The position numbers were made by a program, and so were the translations under genes. Source: the human T2T-CHM13v2.0 reference genome, Homo sapiens. From it: a stretch of DNA of 64,000 nt. How positions within the stretch are numbered: the first letter of the stretch is position 1; each line of letters begins with the position of its first letter. Below, piece after piece: positions 1 to 19,283 of the stretch. Below the pieces are notes generated by a model that saw nothing but the letters and a program-made list of their open reading frames with translations, had not been told where the DNA came from and did no database searches. The stretch lies in NCBI RefSeq assembly GCF_009914755.1, contig NC_060932.1. One strand, given 5' to 3'.

Positions 1-252
1 TTCACAGTCAGCAAAGGTCAACTCTCTCTTCCCAAAGCCTGGAAAGTCTCTCCGATGTTAAAGGACTCACGTGATTACATTGGGCTCACCTGGGTAATCC
101 AAGCTAATCTCCCATTTCAAGGTCCTTAACCTTAATCAATCTGTAAAATCCCCTTTGTTATGTAAGGTAATGTATTATAGGATCCAAGGATTAGGTCAGG
201 GACGTGCGTGGGAGTGAGAGAGGTGGAGAGAGGGATTATTTTGGCTACTACA
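1..252 (-). mobile_element. MaLR LTR fragment (MLT1C/D-like), truncated by window edge
   Basis: The reverse complement matches the MLT1 5' end (tgtagtagcc..aataat..cctaatccttgga..ccttacat..gattaaggttaagga..ttgaaatgggagatta). It resembles the + copy at 19284. Confidence 0.7.
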
Positions 253-304
253 AGACCTAAAATGGGAATATATTTCTTTAATTAAAAATATATGCATCCT
301 AAGA

Positions 305-500
305 AAGACATAATAGACTTCGGGGACTCAGGGGGAAAGGATAGGAAGGGAGTAAGGGATAAAAGACTATAAATTGGGTTGAGTTAGACTGCTTGGGAGA
401 TGGGTGCGTCAAAATTTCACAAATCACCACTAAAGAACTTACTCATTTTACCAAATAGCACCTATTCCCCCAAAACCTATAGAAATAAAAAATTAAAAAT
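305..500 (+). mobile_element. L1 3' end fragment (L1PA/L1PB-type)
   Basis: Typical L1 3'UTR: gacttcggggactcagggggaaagg...aaatcaccactaaagaacttactcat...cccccaaaacctat, followed by an A-rich tail. Confidence 0.75.
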
Positions 501-1000
501 GTATATATATGCACCCATGGAACATATAACATTATTTATCCACTTATATAACAAGTGACTAAATTGGGTGAGTCAAGTATTAAAATGAGCTCAGAGAACT
601 CTTCATCCCCTGGAGGCATTCAGAGAAAGCTCTCTGGGATACCGTGCAGCCTGGCTGTCCATAACCTGTGACCCCAGGGCCAGGCCTGCCTCCCTTCTTC
701 AAGCTCGGCACAACTGCCTGCTACTGTGGGAAGGTGGGGCTAGGGCAGAGGCATGACCTGGCATGGCGTCAGGCAGAGAGAGGGGATGAGAGTAGGAGCG
801 AGGCCCTCAAGGTGGACCTGCTTAGAATGTCTCTGGTTCCTAGGCTCTGTGTGCAGAGCTTCCTTTTGCAAGGACATCTTCCTCCTTGGTGGGCCTCATC
901 CATCCGCCTCCCCAGAGTATTGGATTTTTCTCGCCTAGATCTTGTATTTAGCAAAAGTTCCCCTAGAGAGGCTGCGTGATGAATGATCCTGCCACAGTTG

Positions 1001-1002
<2 letters not shown>

Positions 1003-1037
<35 letters not shown>

Positions 1038-1066
1038 TGTGTGTCTGTGTGTCTGTGTCTGTGTGT
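1003..1066. repeat. (TG)n/(TCTG) microsatellite
   Basis: Directly visible. Confidence 0.95.
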
Positions 1067-1392
1067 CTTGGAGTTGCAAGACTTGGTTAGCTGAGGCTTT
1101 TGTTTTTCACTTGTGACTAACATGAATGGAAGTGTAATACAAACAAGGATAAGGAGAGCATCTCTCCCAGAAGCCTGGAAGTTAAGGGTGTGGGTGGAGA
1201 GAAGCCACTGAGCTCCGGAATATGGAACTGAGCGCAACACAGGCAGCAAGTGGCTTTCTTTTGGGATGCTATGATGGGCTCTGACCTGGGATTCAGGACC
1301 CACTGCATTTGACTCTGAATCCCAGCTCTTCGCGAATCATGAACGCATGTTGGCACCAGATCCTCTTTGAGCCCTCCAGTGAAGCCTCGGAC

Positions 1393-1411
1393 TCACCACT
1401 AGATGGCGTCC
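1393..1411 (+). promoter_or_regulatory. CTCF motif (forward)
   Basis: tcaCCACTAGATGGCGtcc matches the core CCASYAGRKGGCR and sits in a small CpG-rich patch (about 1330-1520). Confidence 0.65.
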
Positions 1412-2204
1412 GAGCTCGCGCTCTCCACCGCGGGGCAGCAAGGCGGCAGGAAGCGGTCCAGAGGTGCCTCAGTGGCCAGGGACAGGGAGGTGACAAGAGT
1501 CGCCTCCATCAGACACGGCCACTCCCACCCCTGGTTTTGCCTGATTCCATTGGAGTATCCATCAAGACTAAACTAGAAAGTTTTTGCTTCTCCATTCCCT
1601 GGGTCCAATCCTAGGGAAAATGTGGTCCTTTTGTTTCTGGGGACTCCCAAAAGGAAACGTGCACCTTCTCCAGTAAAAACTAATTTGTTTTGTAATTTAT
1701 TTTGTTTATTTGTTTATAGGAAAAGGAGAGGCATACTAAATTGGGCTTGAGTTTTGGCTCTTACTTTCTAGGCAAAGTCCTCTCCGGGCCTCAATTTCTA
1801 GTTTATGAAATGAAACTAGAAATCCATCCCTGCCTCATGAAACTGCCTGAGTAAAATGCAGTAATGCTGTGTCATGTGTGTGGCACAGTTTCTGGCACTT
1901 AGTAGGCGCTTTATATCTTACTTCTATTCTAGGTGAATTGGAGCTCTATTTATTCACCTTTACATGTTCTTGTCTATCACAGCGCCTGACATCCTCCATG
2001 CAGAGGAACAAACTCACTAATGGAATTTGCAAACATTGATCTTCATCAACTATTCTATTACTGAAACACCAAATTTTGTGGAGGATTCAGAAGATTATAT
2101 TACAAACTGTTGCCCACAGGGTCTAACAAAATAACTGGAGGAGACAAGATTAATGAAAACACATTTAACAGTGAACACAGAAGCTACTAAATGAAAAGTA
2201 ATTA

Positions 2205-2537
<333 letters not shown>

Positions 2538-3320
2538 TTATAACTAAGTTTATAGCTCCTCAAACAGAGCTCCGTTTCTTGAATTCTGACATTCAAGAGG
2601 CGAGTTGACATCTGGATTATTTGTTGATCATAGGCTGTATGTCAGATCCTAGAAGTTTTTATGGGAAGAAGAGGATGAATTTTGCAACGGGGATATTATT
2701 ATGTCTAGAAAGCAAGCCTGGGAGCCGGTAGACCTCATGAGAGCTTCGAGCTTCCAAGTATGAAATAGAGGTGCCTGGAGACAGGAAAAAGGAGCCCCAA
2801 AAAGGAGGCGAAAGGACACTGAAGACAAAGTTAGCTACTGCACCATTCGGTGAATGATTTCTTCCTCATTCAGAGTGTGAATAACTCATATAATTATAAT
2901 CTGGAAGCTACCTTAAACGTGTTGTGGCTTGATCTTGCACTCAATATAGGAGACTTTATATCGTATCTTTGACTAAAGGCATCCAAATCACAGCTTAAAC
3001 ACTTTCAGGGATGGGAATTCATTCCCTCGGAAGAAAGCCCGTTTCTTCATTAGACAGTTCTAGTTGTCATCATTCACCCCAAATTTCCTCTAGCTCCCCT
3101 TAAGGGTGCTAGTTCTGTGAGTTTCATCCCTCTCCCAGAGGTCAGTTCTTCAAATAGCCAAGAACTGCCATTGTATCTTCCTTAGCTTTTTCTCTCCAAA
3201 TGTCCCCGCTGCCTACAAATATTTGTCAAGCGGCCCCTTGCCCCTCGTAGACCACGCTGTTTGGAGCAAAAGGAGCTCAAGGGGGCATCTTCCCCCTTGG
3301 CTTCCCGGCTACGTCATGAC

Positions 3321-3339
3321 ATGGCACTAGATGGCGCTG
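3321..3339 (+). promoter_or_regulatory. CTCF motif (forward)
   Basis: atgGCACTAGATGGCGCtg is a near-consensus CTCF core with the typical GCGCT 3' end. Confidence 0.65.
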
Positions 3340-3572
3340 TGACCACGGCCCCACCCAGGTATTCCAGGTACTCAAGAGTGACTTGAGGGTTTCCCTAAGA
3401 AGCCAGTGCCAACCTCATCTTGCCCCATATGCCTGTCTTCCTCAGTGACCACCAGAAGTCCAAATCCAGCCTCTGGAGGGACTCAGTATCACCTTCACTC
3501 TCGTTCCCGACCTCTGTGTCTGTCTGATGAGGGTATCTGATATTATGTCTATCCAGTACCCTGCACTCCTGC

Positions 3573-3829
3573 TTTTTTGAAACAGGGTCTCGCTCTGTCA
3601 CCCAGGTTGGAGTGTAGTGGCACAGTCACTGCAGCCTCGATCTCCTGGGCTCAAGAGAGCCTCCTGCCATAGGCACGTGCCACCACGCCTGGCTAATATT
3701 TAATTTTTTTGGTAGAGACGGCGTCTCCCTATGTTGCCCAGGCTGGACTTCAACTCCTGGGCTCAAGCGATCCTCTGCCTTGGCCTCCCAAAGTGTTGGG
3801 ATTACAGGTGTGAGCCACCATGCCTGGCC
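3573..3829 (-). mobile_element. Alu (J-type, internally deleted)
   Basis: Antisense Alu with ctcctgggctcaag J-type motifs. Confidence 0.9.
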
Positions 3830-3879
3830 TGCCCTCCTCTTGATGTCAGCAAAGCAGTTTTCCTTTGAAGGGCCACTTC

Positions 3880-4268
3880 CCCGCTTGCCAACATGTGATT
3901 CTGGTGGGTTCTGCCCACCCAGAGTGGCCACTAGAGATGCAGCCTCACTAACCACCATGGATGGCTCAGGCTGAAATTTCCCTGGTGCCATAAGGGAGGT
4001 CCACACTCCCCAGGGTTGTTGGGCCACCATCTGCTGCTGCATGGGGAGAGGCTGCCTGGGAGTGTGGCCAACACAGAGGACAGCAAGGCAGGGAGACCAA
4101 AGGAGAGCCCCTGGAGGACATGGCTTGGGTCCCTGAGCTGATCAGCACTGAAGCCAGCAAGCAGCCCCACTACACTTCCAGTTATATGGACAAACACATT
4201 CTCTTCTCTTTTGCTAAATCTAGCTTGAGTTGGATTTCTGACATTTGAAAATGGAGAGTCCTAATATA
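3880..4268 (+). mobile_element. Old MaLR LTR (MLT1-type) fragment
   Basis: The 3' end ..cttgagttggatttctgacatttgaaaatggagagtcctaat resembles the MLT1 terminus. The 5' boundary is uncertain. Confidence 0.5.
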
Positions 4269-4445
4269 ATCCCTAACCTGACTTGATCTCCCACGCCTCC
4301 TCTGGGGTGGAGGGTTGCACATTTTTATAATCCCTAATCTGACTCGATCTCCCACGCCTCCTCTGGGGTGGAGGGTTGCACATTTTTATAATCCCTAACC
4401 TGACTCATTCTCCTACGCCTCCTCTGGGGTAGAGGGTTGTATATT
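4265..4445. repeat. 61-bp minisatellite, about 3 copies
   Basis: Unit tataatccctaacctgactcgatctcccacgcctcctctggggtggagggttgcacatttt starts at 4265, 4326 and 4387. Confidence 0.95.
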
Positions 4446-4495
4446 GTATTGTCCTCTCTTGGAGCACTTACGGAGTGATCAGCACATTCTCTGGT

Positions 4496-4789
4496 ATTCT
4501 TTTTTTCTTTAAAGAGACAAGGTCTCACCCTATTGCCCAGGGGGCAGTGCGATCATAGCTCACTGCAGTCTCGACCTCCTGGGCTCAAGCAATCCTTTTG
4601 TTTTAGCCTCCTGAGGAGCTGAGACTACAAGTGTGCACCCACCATGCCTGGCTAATTTTTAAATATTTTGTAGAGACAAGGGTTTCACCATGTTGCTTAA
4701 GTTGGTCTCGAACTCTTGGCCCTAAGTGATCCTCCCACCTCAGCCTCTCAAAGTGCTGGGATGACAGGCGTGAGCCACGTACCCGGCCG
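4496..4789 (-). mobile_element. Alu (J-type)
   Basis: Antisense Alu sequence. Confidence 0.9.
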
Positions 4790-5300
4790 TGTAGTCTCTC
4801 TTTCCTGCTACCTGCTTTTGTTACCTGAAATCTGGCTCCTTCCTTCAGGACACTGGTTCCCCTGCAGCCCTCTCAGAAGGGTGGAGTTTTCCCCCTCACC
4901 TTCATGTACCTGAGGGCCAAGCTGCCGCCACCCGTCCTCCCTACTGTGCCTAACAGTCTACTGGCCACTGCCCCAGTGCTTACTGAAGACCTCAACTCAA
5001 GGCTCATTGACTCTGTCTGCCCAATCCTAGCCACTGTACCCAGCTATTTCAACATCCACATGGATGATTCTTCCAATGCCCTGGTCTCCATCACTTTAGC
5101 TGCCTTACACCTCATTATCACAGGTTTCCATGTCACAATATCCAAAATCTCAAGTTCAAGCATGCCACTCTGACCATCATCTTTTACGCTTACAGCTCAC
5201 TGACTCTACCACCCACAGTGTCTTTGACCTTGAGACTGCCAATGTATGGGGTCCCTGTATTCTAGATTCTGTGATCCCTCGTCATAATTTCACATCCCTG
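4790..5300 (+). mobile_element. Degenerate L2 ORF2 (endonuclease region) fragment
   Basis: The translation FNIHMDD at about 5048 resembles the GDFN(I/V)H motif of the LINE APE domain. The upstream acctgaaatctggctc resembles the TETWL motif. Confidence 0.5.
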
Positions 5301-6473
5301 AAAACACCCTAAATCCCTTTGTCTGTCTTTTCTTCCATTATACTCACCATACCATATTTTTTCTATTGTGACTTCTTTACACTGGGAGCTGTTTCTCAGA
5401 TCCCTTCCTCTGAAAAGGTCAGAGTTAGATTTGGCCAACAGTGAAAACGTGCAAGATTTTGGAGTCAAGGTGAAACAGCAGCCATTATTCTGAAGGTTGC
5501 CATTGATTAGAGGTAGACACCCAGGCTGGTGTCTGTCATTGGTTAGGGGTAGACACAGGAGCACCAGAGATTCCAGGGTGCACTCCCTCTTTCCCTCGCT
5601 GGGACTCTCTTCCTAACTGCTGCTCTACTGACCAACAGTGACCTCAGGCCCATCTCCAGGTACTTTGATGTGAACTTGCAGAGCAGCAGCACTCTTCTAT
5701 GAACTTTGACACCAGCCCCTTTTGCAGTCCGCTTTCAGCAACTGAATGTGGCTAGCTTCCACATAGCCTGCAGTTCCAAGCCGTTCTCCAGTGCAGGCCT
5801 GTTTGGTGGCTTTTCTCTGATCCTTCAGTTCCATATTTGGATTCTTACTTCCCTGGCTCCTCCTACAATTGTGTAAGTTCTAATTGCTAGAATAAGCTCC
5901 TTATTCCACAGTACTCACCTCATTCAATCTCAGTGATTTGCTTTTCTTTGAGCTTGCCCCAGATAGACTGAGTATTGCTGGAGAAAATACACAACCCTAC
6001 TGACTGATTACACTTTAATTAATAACTGCATAGTAGTCATCCAATTTTGTCTGTGTAGACCCTTTCCTTCTTCTGTAAGTAATAACGCACGATGTTGCTG
6101 GAGGAAGTCTCCAGACCCAACTGAACACAGTCTGGGGGCTATTCTTCTTTGACTCAGTCTGGCCAATCAGTTACTCTCTCCTTGGAATCAGGATGCAGAG
6201 CAATGGAACTCTTTCATCCTAACAGCTGCAATCTATGACTGCTGTCCATGTGTTCCTGCTACCGAGAACTCTGCTCCTTCAGCTTTTTCCTTCACCATGT
6301 GAACTACTCTTCATTCTTCCAATAGATTTGTCGTTGAACTTAGCCAGACTCCAAGTCTAAGGCTTGCCTGCTTTATCCATTGTCATCCCAGTGCTGGACA
6401 GAATAGAGTCAAAGCTAGAGACCTGTGACACACCAGGAGAGACCTTCCCTTCCCTCAGGCTGATACCGAATAA

Positions 6474-6982
<509 letters not shown>

Positions 6983-8019
6983 CCACTCCCATTCTCCTAA
7001 GTGCAGGATACTACTGCTGTAAAATGAGTATATAGATACACTTTGAGATTAGTTGCAGGGTCCTGGGTAAGTGAATCTCTCAAGGTGTATGAGTGCTCAA
7101 GATCTATAATTCTGTGACTTCCACTAAGGACTTCATCATAAATGTGGTGACCTTTTAGCATCTGCTGTAGTGTCATTTATAATACTGAAAAATTCTGGGA
7201 AAACCTGAATAACCACCAATAAAGGATAAATTTGGATGTACACATGTAATGGGCCATTTGGTGGTAGCTAAAAAATCATGTTCTAGAAGGATTCTTAATG
7301 ATGTGGAGAAATAAGTTAAAATAAGAGAAAAATACAATTTTTTTATATACAAAGTGGTCCCAGAACAATGTGGGAGGAAGGGAATATATGAAAATATCAA
7401 GGTGATTATTTGGAGGTGGCAGGGTTGTTAATCATTTTTTCCATTCCATGTACTTGTCTCTGTGTTTTAACATTTTTACAATGAATATGTGTGACATATA
7501 CTGTAAGAAAAAAGACCTGGAAAACATTTTGAGATACCTGATCTATATATTCTAAATTCTATGCCTTATACATGTTTATGTCCTTTAACTATATAAATTT
7601 CATTTTGGAGATTTACTATCAGACAGTAATTCAAATTATAGAGTATGCTATAATACACAGATGTTAATGTAACATTCTGTGTAATAGTGTAAAATTGAAA
7701 AAAGCCTAATAATGCAGGAATGCTCAGAGAAGGATACGCCATCTAATTAAAATCAAAGGTGGACTTTTAAAATTGTGTATATGAAGTCTATAATAACAAA
7801 GAAAGTTTATGAAGGAATGTTAAGTGAGAAACAATAAAATTATATTCTGATGATGTCTATGGCATTTGAAACAAACAAAAATAATACATTGAAATAATCT
7901 GCAATAAAGGTAATTATTTTGGGTGCTGAGAGTTCAGGTAATTATAAAATATGACTTGGCTTTTCTACGCTTGCACCAACCTAATAAATAGTCGTTATTT
8001 ATGTAAACAGGAAAAACGT

Positions 8020-12610
<4,591 letters not shown>

Positions 12611-13330
12611 AAAATAAAAAAATACCTACTCTATGGAAGGGAGATTGATGAGTTGAGTTTCTCTCTTCCTGGGGTTGGGTGGAGACAGGACTGATAAACT
12701 GCTGTCCTTATTCAAGGGCCTCAAGGCCCTACCCCCAGAGTAGAGGCTCCCTCGTTCCGAGTTGTCACATAAAACAAACTCCCTCCAGCCAGATGCAGCC
12801 TGGGCCCTTGAAAGCTCAGCTCAGGATGTGGGTCTCTCCTAGGGTTGCTGGAGATCTTCAGGAAGATAGGGAGTGGCCTTCTCTCAGCACTTTCTTCCCC
12901 AGCCTGCTCCAGCCACAAAAGTCCCCTGTCAGGTTCATTACCACCTTCTCCTATTCCCTTCCTGTGAATGCTTCTGTCAGCAGTTTTTTTGGTAATGATG
13001 ATGGTGATGGGTGATAATAGCTTCCTGAGTTCTTATGACAGGCCAATCATGTTACACAGAGCATTTCTGAGAATCTTCACAACGTTCAGTATGTACACAC
13101 CTTATGAGACATGCACAGTTCTCCTCATTTTACGGAGGAGAAAGCTGAGATTTAGAGATAAATTGATTTCCTCCAGATCACATTGACAGTTACTGGCAGA
13201 TCTAACTGACTAGCTCCAAGTCCTTGCTCTTAACCCTGTCTTGATGTCTTAACCCTCCACTTGAACTCTAGCCTGTAATGCTGTCTTCTCCTCCTGCAGG
13301 AACCAGCCCATTATTTAAGGTGGACATGAC

Positions 13331-14232
<902 letters not shown>

Positions 14233-14323
14233 GGACGTGACTTTCTTATATCATTCTCCAGCCATCATTCTCCAGGTACCCTTCTTCCTGTACCTCCCTG
14301 AGATCTGGGGCAGCAGTTTCAGT

Positions 14324-14326
<3 letters not shown>

Positions 14327-14365
<39 letters not shown>
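14327..14365. repeat. (TG)n microsatellite
   Basis: About 19 perfect TG units. Confidence 0.95.
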
Positions 14366-14368
<3 letters not shown>

Positions 14369-14732
14369 ACCTCTGTATTTCATATACACACTCCAATTAT
14401 AGCTTCCCATTATCCACTGAATGACATTTAAAGGATGAAATTGAAGTGACTTGGACAAAAGTCATAAAGCTTCTGTGCACAAAATACATATTTGTTGTTG
14501 TCTGTATAGGTGTCTCATGTGGGCAGAAGGTGCCCGACTTTTCCCTGTGTCAGCCTGCAGCACCTCAAGGAGTGCCTGGCACATCACGTGGACTCAATAA
14601 AAATTTTCTAAATAAATGAATGAAAGAAAAAACATGAATATTTTAATGATATCAGAATCTTAAAGTTTCAGTTTCTTCATCTGTAAAATAGGTATGATTA
14701 TTTTCTCTCCCACTAGATTAAAAGCTTCTTAA

Positions 14733-15335
<603 letters not shown>

Positions 15336-15549
15336 CGCCCTGCACATTTCTTAGAGAAGAGCATTTTGGTGTTAAATTATTGAAATGAATTGTATTATCT
15401 GCCCCCTTACTGCAGAGTCTCATGTGCGAAGTCCAGGGAAAAGTGGTCCCTGGAACCCAAAACCAAGCCTTGTGGATCCCAAAGCCAATTTCCTCATTCC
15501 TACTGGTTTCCTTCTTATTCTGCCTCCATTAAAATGTCAGATGCCTCCA

Positions 15550-16150
15550 TTGTGATCATTATCTCACTGCTTATTATCAGGGATAAGCAGAGCTTCACTG
15601 AGTGCAGGTAGAAGGCACAGGATTAACACCTGGAAGGGGGCCTGCTTCAGGAGTTGGAAGAAACGCCTGCCAAACCTCACCTGTCAGCCAGGGCCACGCG
15701 GCCAGAAGCTGTTTTCTGAGCTCACCTAGGCATTAGCACCTTGGTTGTTGACCCCTGGGAGGAGATTTCTTAAAAGTACCTTGCAACCATTTTATCCCTT
15801 TGCCATTATTTTTTTTCCAGGGGTGAGAGGAGAATTCTGCCCCCATAGCTTGTCAACATCTCTTCAGCTTGGTGGCCCACCCAGTCCACCCAGCAGAGCG
15901 ACCTGCCCCACACCAGTGGCTCGCATGGGCCTTCTTATCTCCTTGGCCCAGCTGAATCTTGGTGAGCTGGTAGCGAGTTATGATCTGGGCATCCTGGAGG
16001 AGCCAGCTTCCAGGGTAGCATCAATTGCTGGGAGGGGTCTGTGGTCTGGAAGTCACATCTAGAGGTATGCAGCAAAGCCAGGTCAAGGCAAACACTATTG
16101 CCTTGTAGTTGCCTGAAGGGATAATCAGCGTGGCAGGAGGGTGTGGGAGG
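15550..16150. promoter_or_regulatory. Candidate erythroid enhancer (GATA1/TAL1/KLF1 motif cluster), about 42 kb upstream of SLC25A37
   Basis: TTATCT 15559-15564; inverted pair TTATC-AGG-GATAA 15574-15586; composite TTATCT-N8-CAGCTG 15935-15954; GGGTGTGG (KLF) 16139-16146. The sequence appears non-repetitive. Confidence 0.6.
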
Positions 16151-18055
16151 AAAAGGGAATAGTGGCCCCGCCCATTTCACCTTGGTGCCAGGGTGGAGTT
16201 CACAGACTAATTACAGGTTAAGGAGCTTAAGGCTTTCCACATTGCTTTCTTCCTCCTCTGTCTGCCTCACCTTCTCCTTCAGAACCACCAGGACCTATAG
16301 CAGTCCCACGGTGCTCTCCAGTCTCAGGGTTGGTGGCCAGCGTGGTGTCCCTGTGCTTTACCATGTCTTTCCATTATGTTTTCATTGTTTCTTTTCCTGC
16401 CCCATCTTGGTGCCCAGTAAGCCTACCCCCCCATTACAAAAATAACTACAACAAAAATAATTTAATACTGATGAGGCACGTCAGGCATGCAGTATCTTAT
16501 TACATTGTCAAACCACGTGGATTGGGTATGTCATGCCCATTTTATAGCTGGGGAAATTGAGCCCTGGAGAAATTGAGAAACTTGTCCAAGGCCACCCAGC
16601 TGGTAAGTGGCTGGCCAGAGCCCCCACCCACACCTGCCCATGTGGGCCTGCTTCAAGGTCTGGATCACTCTGGCATCTTCCCAACTCAAATCCACCAGTT
16701 CTTCATTCCATCAGTCAGCCCTCCCAATCAGCAAGTGACCAAGGAATCCCACCATGGGCCTGGGCACTTGAGGGGACATGAAAGAAGGCCAAGCCATGGC
16801 CTCTGCCCAAGAGGAGCTGAGGAGCTGGCTGAGGAGAGAAGAAAAACACCCATAGAACAGTGAGGGAAGAAGCCAGACAGTGCTGAGATGATTTGATTTG
16901 CATTTGATGGCTACAGAGCTGGAGTCAGAGACTTAGCTTCGCACACATCCCCTGTGTGAGCGATGCCAAGCCACTGCCCTTCTCCGGATCTCAGTTTCCC
17001 TGTCTGCAAAATGAGGGGGTTGTTCTAGAAGATTGTACGTATACAAATCATACTTGCCTGTGATCAAGGGAGCATAACCCTCTTAACGGGAAAGTGGAGA
17101 AACTGAGGCCCCGGGATTAAGACTGTCCCAGAAAGTAACTGGAGCAAAGCCAGAAAAGAAAACCAAACCGAGATTTGGCCCATAGGAGAAAATCGTTGTG
17201 TTGCTAAGAATAGGACTCCACACCCAAGAGCAAGCCCTGGGAGCCCTGCGAGTTGCGGAAGAGACTCACTGACTTCTCAATGCTTTTGTGCCTGACAAAG
17301 CCCTGAGGGCGTCATCCTGGTGTGGATTTCCCTTGGTTCTTGGGCACTCAAGGAGAAGCAAATTGGTTGATTCTGATCCTTTCACTGCCAGGGTGCTGCG
17401 GGGTACCCTGGGAGCGACCAGGCTCCCATGAGCCATTTCTAAGTCATTTTCCTTAGAAACAGGAAACAGTGTTCAGGTTTGGAAGAGTGACTGAAACGAG
17501 ACACTGAGAGGTTGGGGGTTGGAGGATGGGCTTCATCTGTCAGGCTGTTTTTCCTTCAAGGCAGCTGGATACAGATGCACACACAGCTCGCAGTGTGTCC
17601 TAAAGAAGGAGGCATTTGTATTGGCTACACAGAGGGGAGATCTAGAGTGGTTTTTTGCATTCTATTGTTGCAAAGTCCTGTTCTTAGCTGTATTGCCTGT
17701 TTCTTCCAGGCTGACACAGGCCTGCTGATCCAGGATGAGTGTGTTTTGAAGTTGGATGAATGTCACTGCCCCTCCTTGCCATGTTTCATAACAATAATTG
17801 GTTATGGTGCCAGCTTAAATGTGCACAGCATAAAAACCACTTCCACAACACTTCACAAACATTACCTCAACTTGTATGTAATTGGAGCAAGATGGGATAT
17901 ACTTCATAATGTCCATTTCACAGATAGGGACATTGAAATTCATGATTTTTTTTTCCACCAAAAAAGGTCTGTTCATGATAAAAATCTTTACCTAAATTCT
18001 ATGGGTGAAGACATTCTCTATCACTTGAGGAACAGACATCCATATAGTACGGTAT

Positions 18056-18570
18056 TGAGAAGTGAAGCCAGCTGGATTTCCTGGGTCGAGTGGGGACTTG
18101 GAGAACTTTTCTGCCTTACAAGAGGATTGTAAAATGCACCAATCAGTGCTCTGTAGCCAGCAAGAGGATTGTAAAATGCACCAATCAGCACTCTGTAAAA
18201 CGCACCAATCAGTGCTCTGTAGCTAGCAAAAGGATTGTAAAATGTACCAATCAGAAGGATTCTAAAAGTAGCCACTCTCGGGGAGGATTGAGAAAAGGGC
18301 ATTCTGATAGGACAGAAACGGACCATGGGAGGGGACAAATAAGAGAATAAAAGTTGGCCACCCCCCCAGCCAGCAGTGGCAACCCACTCGTGTCCCCTTC
18401 CACGCTGTGGAAGCTTTATTCTTTCACTCTTCACAATAAACCTTGCTACTGCTCACTCTTTGGGTCTGTGACATCATTAAGAGCTGTAACACTCACCGTG
18501 AAGGTCCACGGCTCCATTCTTGAAGTCAGTGAGACCACGAACCCACTGGCAGGAACCAATTCCGGACACA
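18056..18570 (+). mobile_element. Solo LTR12 (ERV9/HERV9 family, LTR12F-like), complete
   Basis: TG...CA ends (tgagaagtgaagccagctgga...tccggacaca) with 4-bp TSD GTAT at 18052-18055 and 18571-18574. It has four tandem CCAATCAG units, a gaataaaa TATA-like box at about 18345 and AATAAA at about 18435. Confidence 0.9.
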
Positions 18571-19283
18571 GTATGATACGCAGGTGACAGAGGTGAACTC
18601 AAATGACCCTTCCTGTCTTCCTAAGTCCCATGATCCCATATTATCTCTTTTCTTTCATCTTCTTTTCCCTCTTTCATCGCTTTATACCCAAAGTCATTCT
18701 CTATATGAACTTTCACTTTCCACTCCTGCTAAAGATCTGGTAGACCCAGGGCTTTCTATACCCAAAACCCTGTTCTCCTCCCAGCTTAGGACGGAAACAA
18801 TAGGAGGGTGGGCTACATGCACCTTGTCTCTTATAACAGCATAAATTTATATGTGTGAGATGCTGTCAGCTTTTATAAAGTTAAAAAAAAGCTGACAAGC
18901 ATGACTTCATACCTGAGATTGGGGGTGGGAAGGGCAGTCATTTCTTAAAACACTTACTGTGCCAGGTATTTTGCATAGAGTAATCCATTTATAATCTCAG
19001 GGACAGCCCCGCCCGGGAGGTTTCATTACTCCGCAGATGAGTAAAGCAACTTGCCCAAGGTCACTCAGTTAATAAGTCAGATCTGGGATTTCAAAACGGG
19101 TCCATGTATTCTTAACCACTACACCCTGCAGCCGTGGAAGAGCAGGACTCGAACTCCGGCTTCCTCACCGTTCATCCAGCACCTTTTTCACGATCAGGGC
19201 TCCCCATTCTGAAGTTTATCTTTGTGCTATCTCTAAAAGAAGGCCTTTGTCAGTGCTCACTGCAAATAAGATCAGATGAGCAC

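Noticed and set aside
3925-3943. Third CTCF-like string tggccactagagatgcagc
   Set aside because: The GGC core is disrupted and the string lies in probable LTR sequence.
17512-18132. 206-aa ORF
   Set aside because: Non-ATG start, no recognisable domain, and it runs through MIR-like and LTR12 sequence.
18121-18260. Short direct-repeat array (CRISPR-like at a glance); likewise 4265-4445
   Set aside because: No unique spacers. These are LTR12 internal CCAAT repeats and a minisatellite in human DNA.
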